The notes: generated from the sequence alone by a model not told the origin. Positions 39,427 through 51,508 are shown, numbered from the whole stretch's first letter. The stretch: 63,977 bases of DNA, filler included, from 5 parts of 5 records of this genome joined end to end with filler, not necessarily neighbours in it, one strand, 5' to 3'. Program-made: numbers and translations.

Positions 39427-40434
39427 ATGGCCAATCAAAAACATGTTCTTATTATAGGAGGCGGTATAAGCGGACTCGTGGCTGCCCATATGCTTGACGC
39501 AAAAGGATTTCCGGTCACAATCATCGATAAAGGTCGTGGCATAGGCGGCAGGCTTGCAACCCGGCGAATCAACTTTCAGGATAAAGAGGGTGTCTTTGAT
39601 TATGGCGCACAATATTTTACAGTCCGTTCAAAAGAGTTTAAAATACTGGCAGATGAGTGGCTCAGGATCAATAAATGCGAGCCGTGGAGTAAAGAATTCT
39701 ATACAATGCGAGAGACATCACCTACTGATAAAACTATGAAATTTAAAGGCAGGATCAGTCTTCGCGACATTGCCAAACATCTGGCAAAAAGTTTTTGTTT
39801 TGAAACAAGTACCCGTGCTGTGCATTTTGCCTGGCAGCAAGACAAATGGACGGTCACAACAGAATCAAAGAGGACATTGAACGCAGATATTTTGTTATTA
39901 ACGCCTCCGGTTCCGCAAATTCTCACCCTATTTGACACCTCGAATATAGAAATAGCAAAACATATCCGTGAAAAATTAGACCAGGTTACTTACAATCCCT
40001 GCATTGCCATGTTAGCGTTACTGAATGGCAAAAGTGCCATTCCGGCTCCCGGAGGCATTCGGATGGCAGGTGAACCAATATCCTGGATGGCGGACAATGC
40101 ACAAAAAGGTATTTCTCCACATGGCCAGGCAGTTACCATTCATGCCGGAGCTGCATTTAGTGAGTCTAATTATAATAAAGATGAAGAATGGCTGGCACAA
40201 CAGATCCTGGCTCATAGTCAACGCTGGCTGGGTGTAAATGTACTCACATATCAGATACACCGCTGGAAATATAGCCAACCAACACATATCTATGGCGAAC
40301 CATTTCTTTACCTGGAAAATCCCGGGCCACTTTATTTGGCTGGTGATTCTTTTACTGGTGGACGGATCGAAAGCGCGGCTCTTTCTGGTTTAAAAACGGC
40401 GAACCAGATTGTTTCACAATTCACGGTATCATGA
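39427..40434 (+). CDS. Renalase-like FAD-dependent oxidoreductase
   Basis: GGGISG, DKGRGIGGRLATRR, FDYGAQYFT, HRWKYS, AGD..GGRIESAALSG. Confidence 0.9.
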   Translation: MANQKHVLIIGGGISGLVAAHMLDAKGFPVTIIDKGRGIGGRLATRRINFQDKEGVFDYGAQYFTVRSKEFKILADEWLRINKCEPWSKEFYTMRETSPTDKTMKFKGRISLRDIAKHLAKSFCFETSTRAVHFAWQQDKWTVTTESKRTLNADILLLTPPVPQILTLFDTSNIEIAKHIREKLDQVTYNPCIAMLALLNGKSAIPAPGGIRMAGEPISWMADNAQKGISPHGQAVTIHAGAAFSESNYNKDEEWLAQQILAHSQRWLGVNVLTYQIHRWKYSQPTHIYGEPFLYLENPGPLYLAGDSFTGGRIESAALSGLKTANQIVSQFTVS

Positions 40435-40606
40435 CTTGATATCGTATCATTCTTCTCTGTTCATATAGATGGCAAATTAGTTTGTCCATCAACCAGGGCT
40501 ATCTTAAAAAGTAGCGCCTGGCTCGAACGAAAGCTTTGGCGACAGGAAAAAAACATATTCACATTCTTCCTGGTCATAGATTTTACTTGTTGTTAACAAG
40601 ATACAT

Positions 40607-42172
40607 TCATAAAGGCTTGACAATCCCCAGTTTGCTCATTTTATAACGAATCGTTTGTTCGGAAACACTTAAAGCCCGGGCGGCTTTTGATTGATTCCAT
40701 TGACAGTTTGTTAATACTTTACGAATAATTTGCTCTTCGTAATCATTTAATCTTTCTTCAAGAGATTTGTGTTCTGTTTCTGCTTCAATAACGGCATTCA
40801 CTTTTTTAAATTCCGTTTTTAAATCCTGTGGCAACAACGCTGATTTTATCATTGTGTCATTAGGATTGGCCATGGTTACAAGGCGCTCTACAAAATTTTC
40901 CAATTCTCTTATATTGCCAGTCCATAACCGGTTTTTCATAAACTCGAGTATTTCGGGGTGAAAGGATTCTATATTTTTACCCTGTTCATGAACAAACTTT
41001 TCCAGAAAATGACATGCCAAAACCGGGATATCTTCCCGGCGCTCCTTCAATGTTGGAACAGGTATAGGATAAACATATAGACGATAAAAGAGATCTTCGC
41101 GAAATTGCTGCTTCTCAACCAGTTTTTGTATTTTCATACTCGAGGCTGTTATAATGCGGACGTCTACTTTGCGAATCTTGTTACTGCCTACCGGTCTTAT
41201 TTCTCCTTCCTGCAGCATTCGCATCAGTTTTATCTGCATATCAGCAGGCATATTAGCGATTTCATCCATAAAAATAGTACCCATATGCGCTTCTTCAAGC
41301 AAACCCTTCCTGTCATAGTTCGCCCCGGTGAACGCACCACGTACATGGCCAAACAATTCACTTTCGATCAGATGGGCTGGAATAGCTCCACAATCAATGG
41401 CTACAAAAGGACCGCTACTCCGTTGACTGAATTTGTGTATGGCTCGTGCCAGAAGCTCTTTGCCTGTTCCGCTTTGACCTTCCAGCAGAACCCGAACATC
41501 ACTGCGGGCAGCCGCCTCAACCGCTTTTAGTAAAACACGAAACTGTTTACTTTTTCCTATCAAACCCAGTTTTTCATATTTTGCCTGCAAGGTTGATTCT
41601 GGTAAGGGTGCCACAAAATATTCCTGGATCTTTTGCACATTGTGTAAATATGGCGCTGAAATGATAGCGATTTTTTGCAAATACGTTAAATCCGCCTCAC
41701 TGAAGGATTGTTTCTTTTTAAATAGAATGAGTGTACCTAATATGATGTCCTCAGAAGTTAACGGCACACCAATAACAGCCTTGACATCAATATCCCCAAA
41801 GCGTACCTTGCTGAAGCGAGGATCTTTTTTGATGTTGGGACTTGATAAACTCTGATGATGATGCATGATCCACCCGCTCAATTGATTGTGCAAAACCTGA
41901 TAGCGGCTCTCAGAAGAATCGACACCTTCTTTATGCACGGTTTTTACGGTTTGATGTGTGCGTGGATTGACCATCAGAATGAACGCGGAATCAGCATGTA
42001 ACAGACCCTCTGCTTTTTGCGACACGATTCTCAATATTTCTGCAAAATCGTTTTGTTGACCTAATACAACAGCAAAATCGATCAAACAACCAGAGTATTT
42101 CGTTCTGAAGCTACACTCCTTTTTAGTACAATTCTGCACTAAGGTCCCATCCTGTTTATTAGTTAATTGCAT
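40607..42172 (-). CDS. GAF-domain sigma-54 activator
   Basis: GQSGTGKEL, ESELFGHVRGAFTGA, DLFYRL, WTGNIREL, Fis HTH. Start codon uncertain. Confidence 0.93.
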   Translation of the reverse strand: MQLTNKQDGTLVQNCTKKECSFRTKYSGCLIDFAVVLGQQNDFAEILRIVSQKAEGLLHADSAFILMVNPRTHQTVKTVHKEGVDSSESRYQVLHNQLSGWIMHHHQSLSSPNIKKDPRFSKVRFGDIDVKAVIGVPLTSEDIILGTLILFKKKQSFSEADLTYLQKIAIISAPYLHNVQKIQEYFVAPLPESTLQAKYEKLGLIGKSKQFRVLLKAVEAAARSDVRVLLEGQSGTGKELLARAIHKFSQRSSGPFVAIDCGAIPAHLIESELFGHVRGAFTGANYDRKGLLEEAHMGTIFMDEIANMPADMQIKLMRMLQEGEIRPVGSNKIRKVDVRIITASSMKIQKLVEKQQFREDLFYRLYVYPIPVPTLKERREDIPVLACHFLEKFVHEQGKNIESFHPEILEFMKNRLWTGNIRELENFVERLVTMANPNDTMIKSALLPQDLKTEFKKVNAVIEAETEHKSLEERLNDYEEQIIRKVLTNCQWNQSKAARALSVSEQTIRYKMSKLGIVKPL

Positions 42173-42444
42173 TTTTCAAACCTCACCATTAAAAAACGAA
42201 TAAAAGTCCTTTTCTTCTTCGCTTTAAAAAATGGTCGTAAATTTGGATACGTATTTGCCGCCGCTGCCAGAGCTTTCCTTTTGACACAATCCCGATCCTC
42301 GTCTTTAGTCGCTATTTCATGAGACAAGAATTTAATAGTCACCATTCTCCTGAGCCTGGTATCTTCTGCCTTGTAAACAACACCTATGCCACCCTGGCCA
42401 AGCTTTTCAAGAATCCTGTAATGTGAAACAACTTTGCCGATCAT
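42163..42444 (-). pseudogene. Decayed Ser/Thr kinase N-lobe
   Basis: MIGKVVSHYRILEKLGQGGIGVVYKAEDTRLRRMVTIKFL, then degenerates; no catalytic C-lobe. Confidence 0.75.
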
Positions 42445-43024
42445 AGATTTATACACACGATTCGGTTTGGATTTACGAAATCCTCTGCCTTTTAGTGCAA
42501 TCCTGTGTTTGTTAATGTAATATATAAAAAAGAAGTAATTAATCTATAATCCGACCCAAAAAGATTAACCTCATGCAATATTCCTAAGGTTCTTTGCAGT
42601 CAAAACTTTAGAGAAAAACAAAAAAAGAAGCCCCAAAATCCACCATTTTTTATTTCAGTTTTTTTTAATGCGAACGCAGGAGAAATGATTTTTATTTCTA
42701 TACTGGGGGTTTTAAAATAGGAATTGATTGGTGTGCAGTAAAATGCGGTAGAGCTCCTTTTTCTGGTATTAACAACTAAATCCATATTAAAAAAATAAAA
42801 GATAACCTTGGGATTCCCCACATCTCAGTTTTAAGCTGCAATTTACGGTGCGATATTAAACTTCACGTTTTTAACCACTGGAACGGATTCCAACTAACAC
42901 AAATTAAAGCCTTTTAAGAATATCCTTAAATCGTTTTTGAAAAATTACTGTAAAAAAAGTGCGACCAAAAGAATTTCTTTCAGCCGCACTTTTTTAATGT
43001 ACGAGTATTCTTAAAACAGATAGT

Positions 43025-43465
43025 TTATCCTGCCCATTTCATTTTAAAATTTCGCAAATACTTTTGAATCTCGAGCAAATCCGTTTGTTCCATATTTTTT
43101 GTTTTTATAAATTGGTGCATCTCACTTTCCAGCCATTCCTCAGACAATTCATTTTGGTTGACCACCGAGACTAACCATTCCAGTTCCCTGAGATGAAGAG
43201 CCTCATCGGAAAATGCCACCTTTATACTGTCCTTTACAAACATTTTCGCCACTTTTTCATTAGAAAATTCCGGTGCCTCATCAACAATGTACTTGTTTTC
43301 AAGTAAATTATCTATGGTTTCTTTGCAATATGTGGGTTCAAAACTGAGTACTTTACCGACGTTCATTAAATATTCTCTTTCCTTTTTAGAGATATTTCGA
43401 TCTTTTCCGATCAACAAAAGTAATCCTTTAAAATAGTTGCTTCGATCAAGTAGGTCCATTTCCAT
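43025..43465 (-). CDS. TerB-like helical protein
   Basis: DRNISKKERE and AFSDEALHLRELEWL pseudo-repeat pattern. Confidence 0.55.
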   Translation of the reverse strand: MEMDLLDRSNYFKGLLLLIGKDRNISKKEREYLMNVGKVLSFEPTYCKETIDNLLENKYIVDEAPEFSNEKVAKMFVKDSIKVAFSDEALHLRELEWLVSVVNQNELSEEWLESEMHQFIKTKNMEQTDLLEIQKYLRNFKMKWAG

Positions 43466-43806
43466 TAATTACTCCTTTTCTCATCACCCTGCTACTGCCT
43501 GGAGCGCACATTAGCGCACAAGCGTGATTCAATCTAAAACCGAAAAATGGATTTATTGGTTCTGCATATCACCTTTGGTTCCTGATTATCCTCTGAGAGT
43601 CCAGAAAATATTTTTTTAGTTTATTTCAGAAAGAAACCCAGGATAGAACTCACACAAAGCTGCCATAATAAAGCTAAATTTATTCACGTTTCCTAAATGA
43701 AAATGTGATTTTTTTTGCAGTTAATTAATATGCTGAGCAACTTTGCGTGAGTTCGAATTTAGACATAAGCAGTTACCTGTTCTGCTATGACTATTTTGAG
43801 TTATTT

Positions 43807-44373
43807 TTAGTTTTCATTGTCTACCGGGACAAATTTTATCGAGGCAATTTCTTCAACCGCGATCTCTTCCAATTCACCGTCCACTTCAAACTGAATTGTG
43901 CTCTGCGTACCGCCCATATAGATACCATCAATCGTCGTTCCGTCAGTCAGGGTAACCCGATCAAGGACAAGTTCCTCTTCCACCTCAGCGGGTTTTTCGA
44001 CAACAATATACACCTTTTTAACAGGATCATAGCGATAAAAAGTCCCATAATGATGAAAATATGTTAAAGGACCAAGTCGAACTTTGACATACCCTCTGGG
44101 CAATGCACCTATTCTTGCTCCAATAGGAGCTCTCACAACAGTATATCCTCTTCTGGGAGCTCTTTTGTAAAATACACCACCATGCTGGTAGTAAGACCTG
44201 CCTTTCACGACAACTTTTTTATGCCCTGCTGGCAATTTAACGATTTTGACCGTGCGGCGTCTGGGGGTTTTAACAATGACACGTTTTTTAGCAAAAGAAT
44301 CTGCTGAAATACCACATACAAAAATTCCGACCAGTGCTATCAACAGCGCGTTGGATATCTTTCTTGAATACAT
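43807..44373 (-). CDS. Secreted DUF6515-like protein
   Basis: Signal peptide; YYQHGGVFY..GYTVVRAPIGARIGALP..YIVVEKP; RBS AAAGGAG. Confidence 0.7.
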   Translation of the reverse strand: MYSRKISNALLIALVGIFVCGISADSFAKKRVIVKTPRRRTVKIVKLPAGHKKVVVKGRSYYQHGGVFYKRAPRRGYTVVRAPIGARIGALPRGYVKVRLGPLTYFHHYGTFYRYDPVKKVYIVVEKPAEVEEELVLDRVTLTDGTTIDGIYMGGTQSTIQFEVDGELEEIAVEEIASIKFVPVDNEN

Positions 44374-44714
44374 GACTGTTTCTCCTTTCAATAGTTAACC
44401 TCACCTGTTAGACCTGTCATGCGTTGATTCTATTCCATTTTTTTTATATTGTGATCGGATGAATCAGATTTGTAAATATTATATGATTGTCCATTTCATC
44501 TTTTGATGATCAGGAGTCTCCCGTCGTTTTTCAGTTTGTTCACTATTTTAACTAGTTTGATCGCGTGAAGTTTCAACTTTTTCAAAAATAAAATTAATTT
44601 TTCTTTTACCATTTCCTCATCTTCTTTTAACTACAAAAAAAGGGTCAAGTGCGAAAAAGAATCCCTTGCTATTATTAGAGTCAATTATTATAATAGCAAA
44701 AATCAGGTGAGAAA

Positions 44715-45812
44715 ATGAATAAACCATCCCAATTGACAATTGTGTTTATCTTTTTTCATTTACTTTCTGTTTTAGCGTTAGCCGAGAAAAAAAGTAACAT
44801 ATCCGGAATTGTTCGTGATGCTGAAACCGGAAAACCGATCTTTAGCGTCAATTTATTTCTGGCCAATACAACTATTGGCACAGCTTCACAACAAGATGGC
44901 AGTTATCTCATTCGAAACATTCCACCGGGAAGTTACGATTTCATCATTCATCACATCGGCTATGAGATGAAAACCATTCGTGTTCAAATCTACAAGCCCA
45001 AATCCCTTAAATACAATTTCACATTAACACCCCGTGTTCATAAAGGAGAAGAAATCGCTGTTCTCGCTCCCAAACCCAAAGAGTGGAGGAGAAATCTCGC
45101 AAAATTCTCAAAAATATTCCTTGGCCTTTCTCCAAATGCCTCAAAATGCAAAATAAAAAATCCGGAGGTGCTCAATTTTACAACAAACAAGACAACAAAT
45201 GAATTTATCGCCTTTTCAGATAGTATTCTCTGCGTGGAAAATCGGGCACTTGGTTACAGAATCTATATACTCATCCGCGAGTTTCGCTGGAAGGATCAAA
45301 TCCGGGGAACATATCGTATTACACCACGATTTGAGGAGCTGGAAGCTACAGATGAAAAGGAGTACCAGAACTGGCTTAAAAATCGTCAAAATACCTACGA
45401 TGGTTCTTTTCGGCATTTTTTATCTGCTATCGCCCGGGAAAAAGTATTTGAAGATAATTTCAGAGTATATATGATCACACGTCTGGATTCTGATAATGAT
45501 GTAATGGTGGATGAACAAAAATTCGTTTCTCCTGATACGCTGATAAATGCTGATTTTAATCTGGAGGATAACAAAAACATATCATCACCTGATATGTTGG
45601 TATTATTCAAAATTTCCTTCCCAAAATACTTGAAAATTATCTACCAGGGCCAAAAAGAAAAAACCTCGTGGATAAAACTGAAAAGAAATTATGCTCTCGT
45701 TGATACATTGGGTAATATTTATAACGCCCCGGCTTTTTCCTGTTCAGGCTATTGGGCGAAGAAAAGAGTGGCGGATCTACTGCCATTCGATTTTTCTGTA
45801 AAAGTACCATAA
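44715..45812 (+). CDS. Carboxypeptidase-regulatory-like domain protein
   Basis: ISGIVRDAETGKPI..NTTIGT; ENRALGYRI; YDGSFRHF; VADLLPFDF. Confidence 0.8.
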   Translation: MNKPSQLTIVFIFFHLLSVLALAEKKSNISGIVRDAETGKPIFSVNLFLANTTIGTASQQDGSYLIRNIPPGSYDFIIHHIGYEMKTIRVQIYKPKSLKYNFTLTPRVHKGEEIAVLAPKPKEWRRNLAKFSKIFLGLSPNASKCKIKNPEVLNFTTNKTTNEFIAFSDSILCVENRALGYRIYILIREFRWKDQIRGTYRITPRFEELEATDEKEYQNWLKNRQNTYDGSFRHFLSAIAREKVFEDNFRVYMITRLDSDNDVMVDEQKFVSPDTLINADFNLEDNKNISSPDMLVLFKISFPKYLKIIYQGQKEKTSWIKLKRNYALVDTLGNIYNAPAFSCSGYWAKKRVADLLPFDFSVKVP

Positions 45813-45983
45813 AATAACACGTATTCGCCCGAAAGAATCCCGGTAATCGATCCTCGACATAACCTTAGACTGAACATCTGGTTCCATTATTTCAATAAAA
45901 AGTTCATATACACATTGGAATACATGGATAATTGATTATATTACTAAAACTTGTAAACTCATCACAAAACTAAAGGGTGGACG

Positions 45984-48607
45984 GTGAAACAGTTACTTAT
46001 TCTTCTTGTGCTCGCTAGTACAGTCGTATTTGCAGCAGATAATCCGGTTATCTATGAAAATCCGCCAGACGGAATGTATTTCCGTGACTGGTTATTGTGC
46101 GGACCATTTCCAAATCCCTTACCTGACGGAATCACTAAATATATGTTTGATGAAACGTCTTTGGGACATTATAAAGATTACCTGACTCAATATGGCGGTG
46201 AAGGTTCTATCAGGCCTGTCGAGGGTATGAAAATCAAGCATCCGGATGGCAGTACGCTCACGTGGCAGCATTATCATGGTTATTTTGGTTTAATTCTTCT
46301 GGATCAGGTATTCACCCCAAAGGATCAAACCATTGCCTATGCGGCCTGTGTTGTTCGTTCTTCAATTGTCAGACCGGTTGTACTGAGCCTTACATCTAAC
46401 GATGGTGTACGTGTATGGCAAAATGGCGATATGATTCTTGAGCATAATACAAGTGGATCTGAAGAACCGGACCGGGACCTGATCCCCATTGTGTTAAAAA
46501 AGGGCGACAACCATTTCCTGGTCAAAATATCCCAGGGATTTGGGAAATGGAGCTTTCAGTTCCGGTTCCTGGATATGGCTGAAACCGTAAAAAGCCTGGA
46601 ATCTCGAGCCCACCTTTTTAGCCGGCCAGAGATCACAGAAATATCGGATTCATACCATATTTTTGTCGGACAACGCCACAAGATCGAACTATTACCAAAC
46701 AAAGTGACGGCACTACTAAATATTTTGGATGTGGATGGCCGTCACGTTGTAGCATCCTATGATACTTTTTTAGGTGAAAACATTGAACTAAACAAAGCAG
46801 AACTCAATTTGGCAAAAGGGCTGCATCCGGTTTCATGCACAGTTAACCTGGCCAATGGCCATGTCCATACCCTGAGATCCTCTATTTTTGTTGGTGAACC
46901 GCCTTCTATTACAGAAACTTTGTCGCAGTTTCAAAACATCCCGACTATCGATTCCACATCATTTCTTGGCAAACAGATTATGTACAATCATAAATGCATG
47001 GATTTTCACCTGAGAGTTGATGCAAAATCCGGAAATTTGGGGGCCATGGACGCCTGGACCCAAAGAGACATCACAAACCGGTATGGGGATTGGATCACGT
47101 CCGTGAAAAATGCGCCATCCCCTTATCATTTGGTATTTCCGGAAATCCGGGACATAACCATTCTGAGTAACGACAATTTTAACCTGCAAAAAGGTGCCAC
47201 GTTCACAGATTTAACCAATGGTCTTTTCAAGGCGGATTTCGATCGCATCCAGGAATCCCTGCAAACGAATCTTGGCTTTCAACTAAAAAAGAACAGCAAA
47301 AATGGTCACATTGTTTTCGGATTGGTTCATCATTTTCCTGAGGAAGCAAACACGGTTTTCCCAAATGATGAAGCCTATAAAATATCCATCAGCACAGACC
47401 ACATCAAGGTTATTGGTGCACATTTAAGGGGATTACATTTTGGTTTGGCCACATTAAAACACGTGCTGGATATGAATAAGCCTCTACCTGTCGCTGAATT
47501 AATTGATTATCCGGCTGCCGCTCATCGGGCCACGTTTCAACATCTCCCTGTTCCCATGACACAAAAATGGAAAGACCGGATTTTGGAATATGTGGATCTG
47601 AAATATAATGAAATTGTAGTTCGGTCTTCTGATTATCGCAAGATGGAAGATCCGGATATTGCAAAAGGAATTAAAAAGTATTTTGATTTCATTAAAAGTT
47701 TCCATATAGAGCCGGTACCACTCGTCTGGTTGAATGGAGACCACTCATTCTATGAGGGTTTCTGGCTGGAAAATGAAAAGATCACATTTAAGAACAATCG
47801 GGTAGAACCCGGATTCCAGACTCTGGTTGATTTAAACAGCTCCAAACCTGTATTTCATTCTGAAATAAACGGTGGAACTATTTATAAAGCAGGCAAAGAC
47901 TATAAAATCATCTCAACCAGTCCACCTGTTATTGAAAGAATTAGCTCCGGACATATTCCTGAAAATGCCACCATTTATATGGATGCGGATATCGTAGATC
48001 GGCGATCACATCGGTTTTCCAAACCCTGTTCATGCGAAGAGTTGGCTTATGAGGAATTCGACAGACTTGTTGGGCAAGTCATCCAAACTTTAAAACCCAA
48101 CCTGTTCCACGTTAATCATGATGAGTTGGGCATTTTGAACAGCGATAGCCGCTGTAAAAAGCAAAACAAAAAAGACTATGAACTGGTGGCCTACCAGATC
48201 AATCGGATGCGGGACATTATAAAAAAACACGATCCCAATGTCGATATGATCATGTGGGCTGATGCTGTCAATCCTTATCATAATGCCGGTATTAAGGCTT
48301 TGGAAAGAACCTGCGAACTGCTCTATAAAGATATCATCATGGCTCATTGGTACTATACGGCTGAAAATTTTCTGCAACGTGATTTGTTGGAAAAAGGCAC
48401 GACCTTTTTCTCGATTTGGGATTTCGCGTGTACGGATGTCCCTGGAATCATATGGTGAACCATAAGGCGTGGGAAAGTATATTATCCGCAGAACAAAACG
48501 ACTCAAATTTCTGGGGTTTGATGCACACAGAATGGGGACCCCGTAAAAATGGTCTGGCACAAACAGCTGCCATAAACTGGACTGGTAAAACGTGGTTGAC
48601 GAAATAA
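45984..48607 (+). CDS. Secreted GH20-like glycoside hydrolase, T-run frameshift near 48404
   Basis: Signal peptide; WLLCGPFPN domain; EAYKISI..GLHFGLATL..IDYP (GH20b); FHVNHDE catalytic-type motif; IMWAD; GLMHTEW in the shifted tail. Confidence 0.7.
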
Positions 48608-48985
48608 GATATTATTGACATTCTTTTTTGCCAGGCACCTTGAAAGAGCCTGGCAAAAAAAGTCCGTTTCCTGTCAAGTGCGATCCCAATGGTTTATTTT
48701 ATCCCTGTTATTGACTGCTGTCAGTTGCGACATCCCCACAAACCCGAGACATTCAAGATTCCATCTATTCGATTCAAGCCGGTCAGAAAACAAAAACAAG
48801 AAAAATTCATTCACTTTAAGAACAACCTGTCGACCTTAACTATACCCGCAAAAACAGATTGACATTATCAAAATAACTGTTAATTTATCGCAACGAAATC
48901 CGTATTGCAAAAACATTTATGTTGAATAATGGCACGAAATAACATTAAAGCATAATGGTATAAGGCTCGACAATAAGGACAGGAT

Positions 48986-50071
48986 ATGACTGGCAGAGAA
49001 CGTATTCAAGCACTATTAAACAAGGGAACAGCCGATCGGGTTGGTTTCTGGCTGGGCAATCCGGCCGACGAAACAAAAAAGATCTATTCAGACTATTTCA
49101 ACATTCCTATTCACGATGATAATTCAAATCAGAGCACATCCAGACCACAGATATCAAAAATCGTAAAGGCTGACATTGAGTTACACGCGGCTTTTGGCAG
49201 CGATTTTTACTGGGTTTTTCCTGCCCGTTATCCCGGTTTTTACAATCATCCGCAAGGTAAACCGATATTTGATTTTTACGGGGGTACAGAACGGAAAACC
49301 CTGAGTCAACCCGGTGTTTTTGCAGAATGTGAATCTGTTGCAGAGATTGAGGCTTTCGACTGGCCTAATCCCGATTACCTGGATTTTTCATACAGTAAAA
49401 GAGTGGCAGAGACTGCTATTTCCAGAGACATGGCTGTTTTCAGCGGCATGTGGGCACCTTTTTTTCATGAGATGTGTGATTTTTTCGGTATGGAAAATTA
49501 TTTCATGAAAATGTATACCCATCCAGCTGTCATTCAAGCAGCCACAGAACGGATCCTGGATTTCTATTTGCAAGCCAATCAACGCTGTTTTGAATGCTAT
49601 GGCGACCAAATCGATGCTGTGTTTTTTGGTAATGATCTGGGCAGTCAGCGTAATCCTTTAATCAGTCCCGATGCTTTGCGTCAATTCGTGCTTCCCGGTT
49701 TTCGCAAGATCGTTGATCAGGCAAAATCCTATGGACTAAAAGTTTCTCTGCACTCTTGTGGCGCCATATCGAGCATCATCCCGGACCTGATTGATATGGG
49801 CATAGACGCACTGCATCCCCTGCAGGCAAACGCGGCCAATATGGATGCAGAATCTCTGACCAGAGAATACAAAAATAAAATTATTTTTTTAGGTGGCGTA
49901 GACACCCAGGACCTGCTGCCATTTCAATCACCTGAAGCTGTCAGCAAAGAGGTCCAGCGATTAAAAAAAATATTTGGGAAAGGATTTATCGTATCACCCA
50001 GCCATGAGACGCTGTTACCCAACGTAAGTATAAAGAACGCCCTGGCTATGCGTGATGCTGCTCTGGGATAG
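48986..50071 (+). CDS. Uroporphyrinogen decarboxylase / MtaA-CmuA family protein
   Basis: MTGRERI, GNDLGSQ, LHSCG, GGVDTQ, SPSH. Confidence 0.88.
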   Translation: MTGRERIQALLNKGTADRVGFWLGNPADETKKIYSDYFNIPIHDDNSNQSTSRPQISKIVKADIELHAAFGSDFYWVFPARYPGFYNHPQGKPIFDFYGGTERKTLSQPGVFAECESVAEIEAFDWPNPDYLDFSYSKRVAETAISRDMAVFSGMWAPFFHEMCDFFGMENYFMKMYTHPAVIQAATERILDFYLQANQRCFECYGDQIDAVFFGNDLGSQRNPLISPDALRQFVLPGFRKIVDQAKSYGLKVSLHSCGAISSIIPDLIDMGIDALHPLQANAANMDAESLTREYKNKIIFLGGVDTQDLLPFQSPEAVSKEVQRLKKIFGKGFIVSPSHETLLPNVSIKNALAMRDAALG

Positions 50072-50098
50072 GACGCTAGAAATATTAAGGATAATAAA

Positions 50099-51211
50099 AT
50101 GACTTCACGAGAAAGACTCCTTACAGTCATTCAGGGAGGAATACCGGACAGGATTCCGGCAACCATCCACCAATGGCAGGAATTCCATTTAAAAAATTTT
50201 ATGCACCTGGAAGATGATCTTGACGCTTTTATTAAAGTGGGATTAGACGCGGTGATTTATCCGCCATGGTCATCTCAAGCGCACAGCAACGACTGGAAAA
50301 TTACAAAAGAAATATCCCGGCGGGATGAAGAAACACGGGAAATAACGTTAACCATTCAAACGCCTGAAGGTATTTTAACACAGACTTCCGTGGGCACGGA
50401 TTATACGGTATCGGAAACCGAGCATCTTGTAAAAAAGCCTGAAGACATATACCTTGTTAAAAAATACATGCCTGTTGTTGAGCTGGATCGGGATGGGGTA
50501 ATGGCTCGTAAAGAAAAACTGGGTGATAAAGGGATATTTCGGATGTACACCAATGGTCCACAGGGTTCGCCCTGGCAGGATGCCTGTTTCTGGTGTGGTA
50601 CACAAAATATGATCTATCACGCCTGCGAGCGTCCTGACTGGGTGCATGAGTTCCTGCACATCCTGTTGGAGAAAAAAATCGAATTTTATCACAAAAACAT
50701 TGCCCCGTACAGGAGTGTCTTTGATATGATTGAAACCGGCGGCGGTGCCGCATCCAATACTGTGATCTCTCCGGATATGTTCAAAGAGTTCTGTCTACCC
50801 TATGATAAAAAGCAGCATGATATCCTGCATGACATGGATCCGCAAATGGCCATCTCTTATCACACCTGTGGTGGTATGATGCATTTACTGGAACTCATTC
50901 CGCAAAATGGTTGTGATTTTAGCGAAACCCTCTCCCCTGTCGGTTGCGGCGGCGATATTCGCGATGGAATTGATGAAACCACTGTGAAAGAGGTACTGGG
51001 AAGTAAAGTGAAACTTTTGGGTGGATTCAATCAAATACAAGCCCTGACCCAGGGTAAAAAAGAGGATATTTACAAAGATGTGGAACGCGCCTTTAAAGGC
51101 TATGGCAAAGACGGTGGGTATATCATGATGGCCAGCGACCACTTTTTCCATGCACCTGAAAAAAACCTGATCCATTATGCAAACGCAGTAAGGGAGATTT
51201 GTTGTTATTGA
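50099..51211 (+). CDS. Uroporphyrinogen decarboxylase / MtaA-CmuA family protein
   Basis: MTSRERL..PDRIP, ISPDMFKEF, YHTCGG, GGYI..SDHF. Confidence 0.88.
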   Translation: MTSRERLLTVIQGGIPDRIPATIHQWQEFHLKNFMHLEDDLDAFIKVGLDAVIYPPWSSQAHSNDWKITKEISRRDEETREITLTIQTPEGILTQTSVGTDYTVSETEHLVKKPEDIYLVKKYMPVVELDRDGVMARKEKLGDKGIFRMYTNGPQGSPWQDACFWCGTQNMIYHACERPDWVHEFLHILLEKKIEFYHKNIAPYRSVFDMIETGGGAASNTVISPDMFKEFCLPYDKKQHDILHDMDPQMAISYHTCGGMMHLLELIPQNGCDFSETLSPVGCGGDIRDGIDETTVKEVLGSKVKLLGGFNQIQALTQGKKEDIYKDVERAFKGYGKDGGYIMMASDHFFHAPEKNLIHYANAVREICCY

Positions 51212-51508
51212 TATAATTTTAACATAGCAGGCATATTCGTCAATTATTTATGATTTATGCTTGCTATTCCACTTTATGTACCACCTTTTTTTACGCATTG
51301 CATATCAAAAACCTGTCAAATGTTACTCCATTTTAACCAGCCTACATCAACAACGACACTATAAATAATCATCATATCCTGGGATGAATCCAGGATCAGA
51401 AAAGAACTTAAATTATCCCATCGATTGGTATAACAGTTCAATAAATAAAATTAAAAACCGGAAAAATGAAAGAATAATTTTAATCCAGTTGTATGTTTTA
51501 AAATAACA

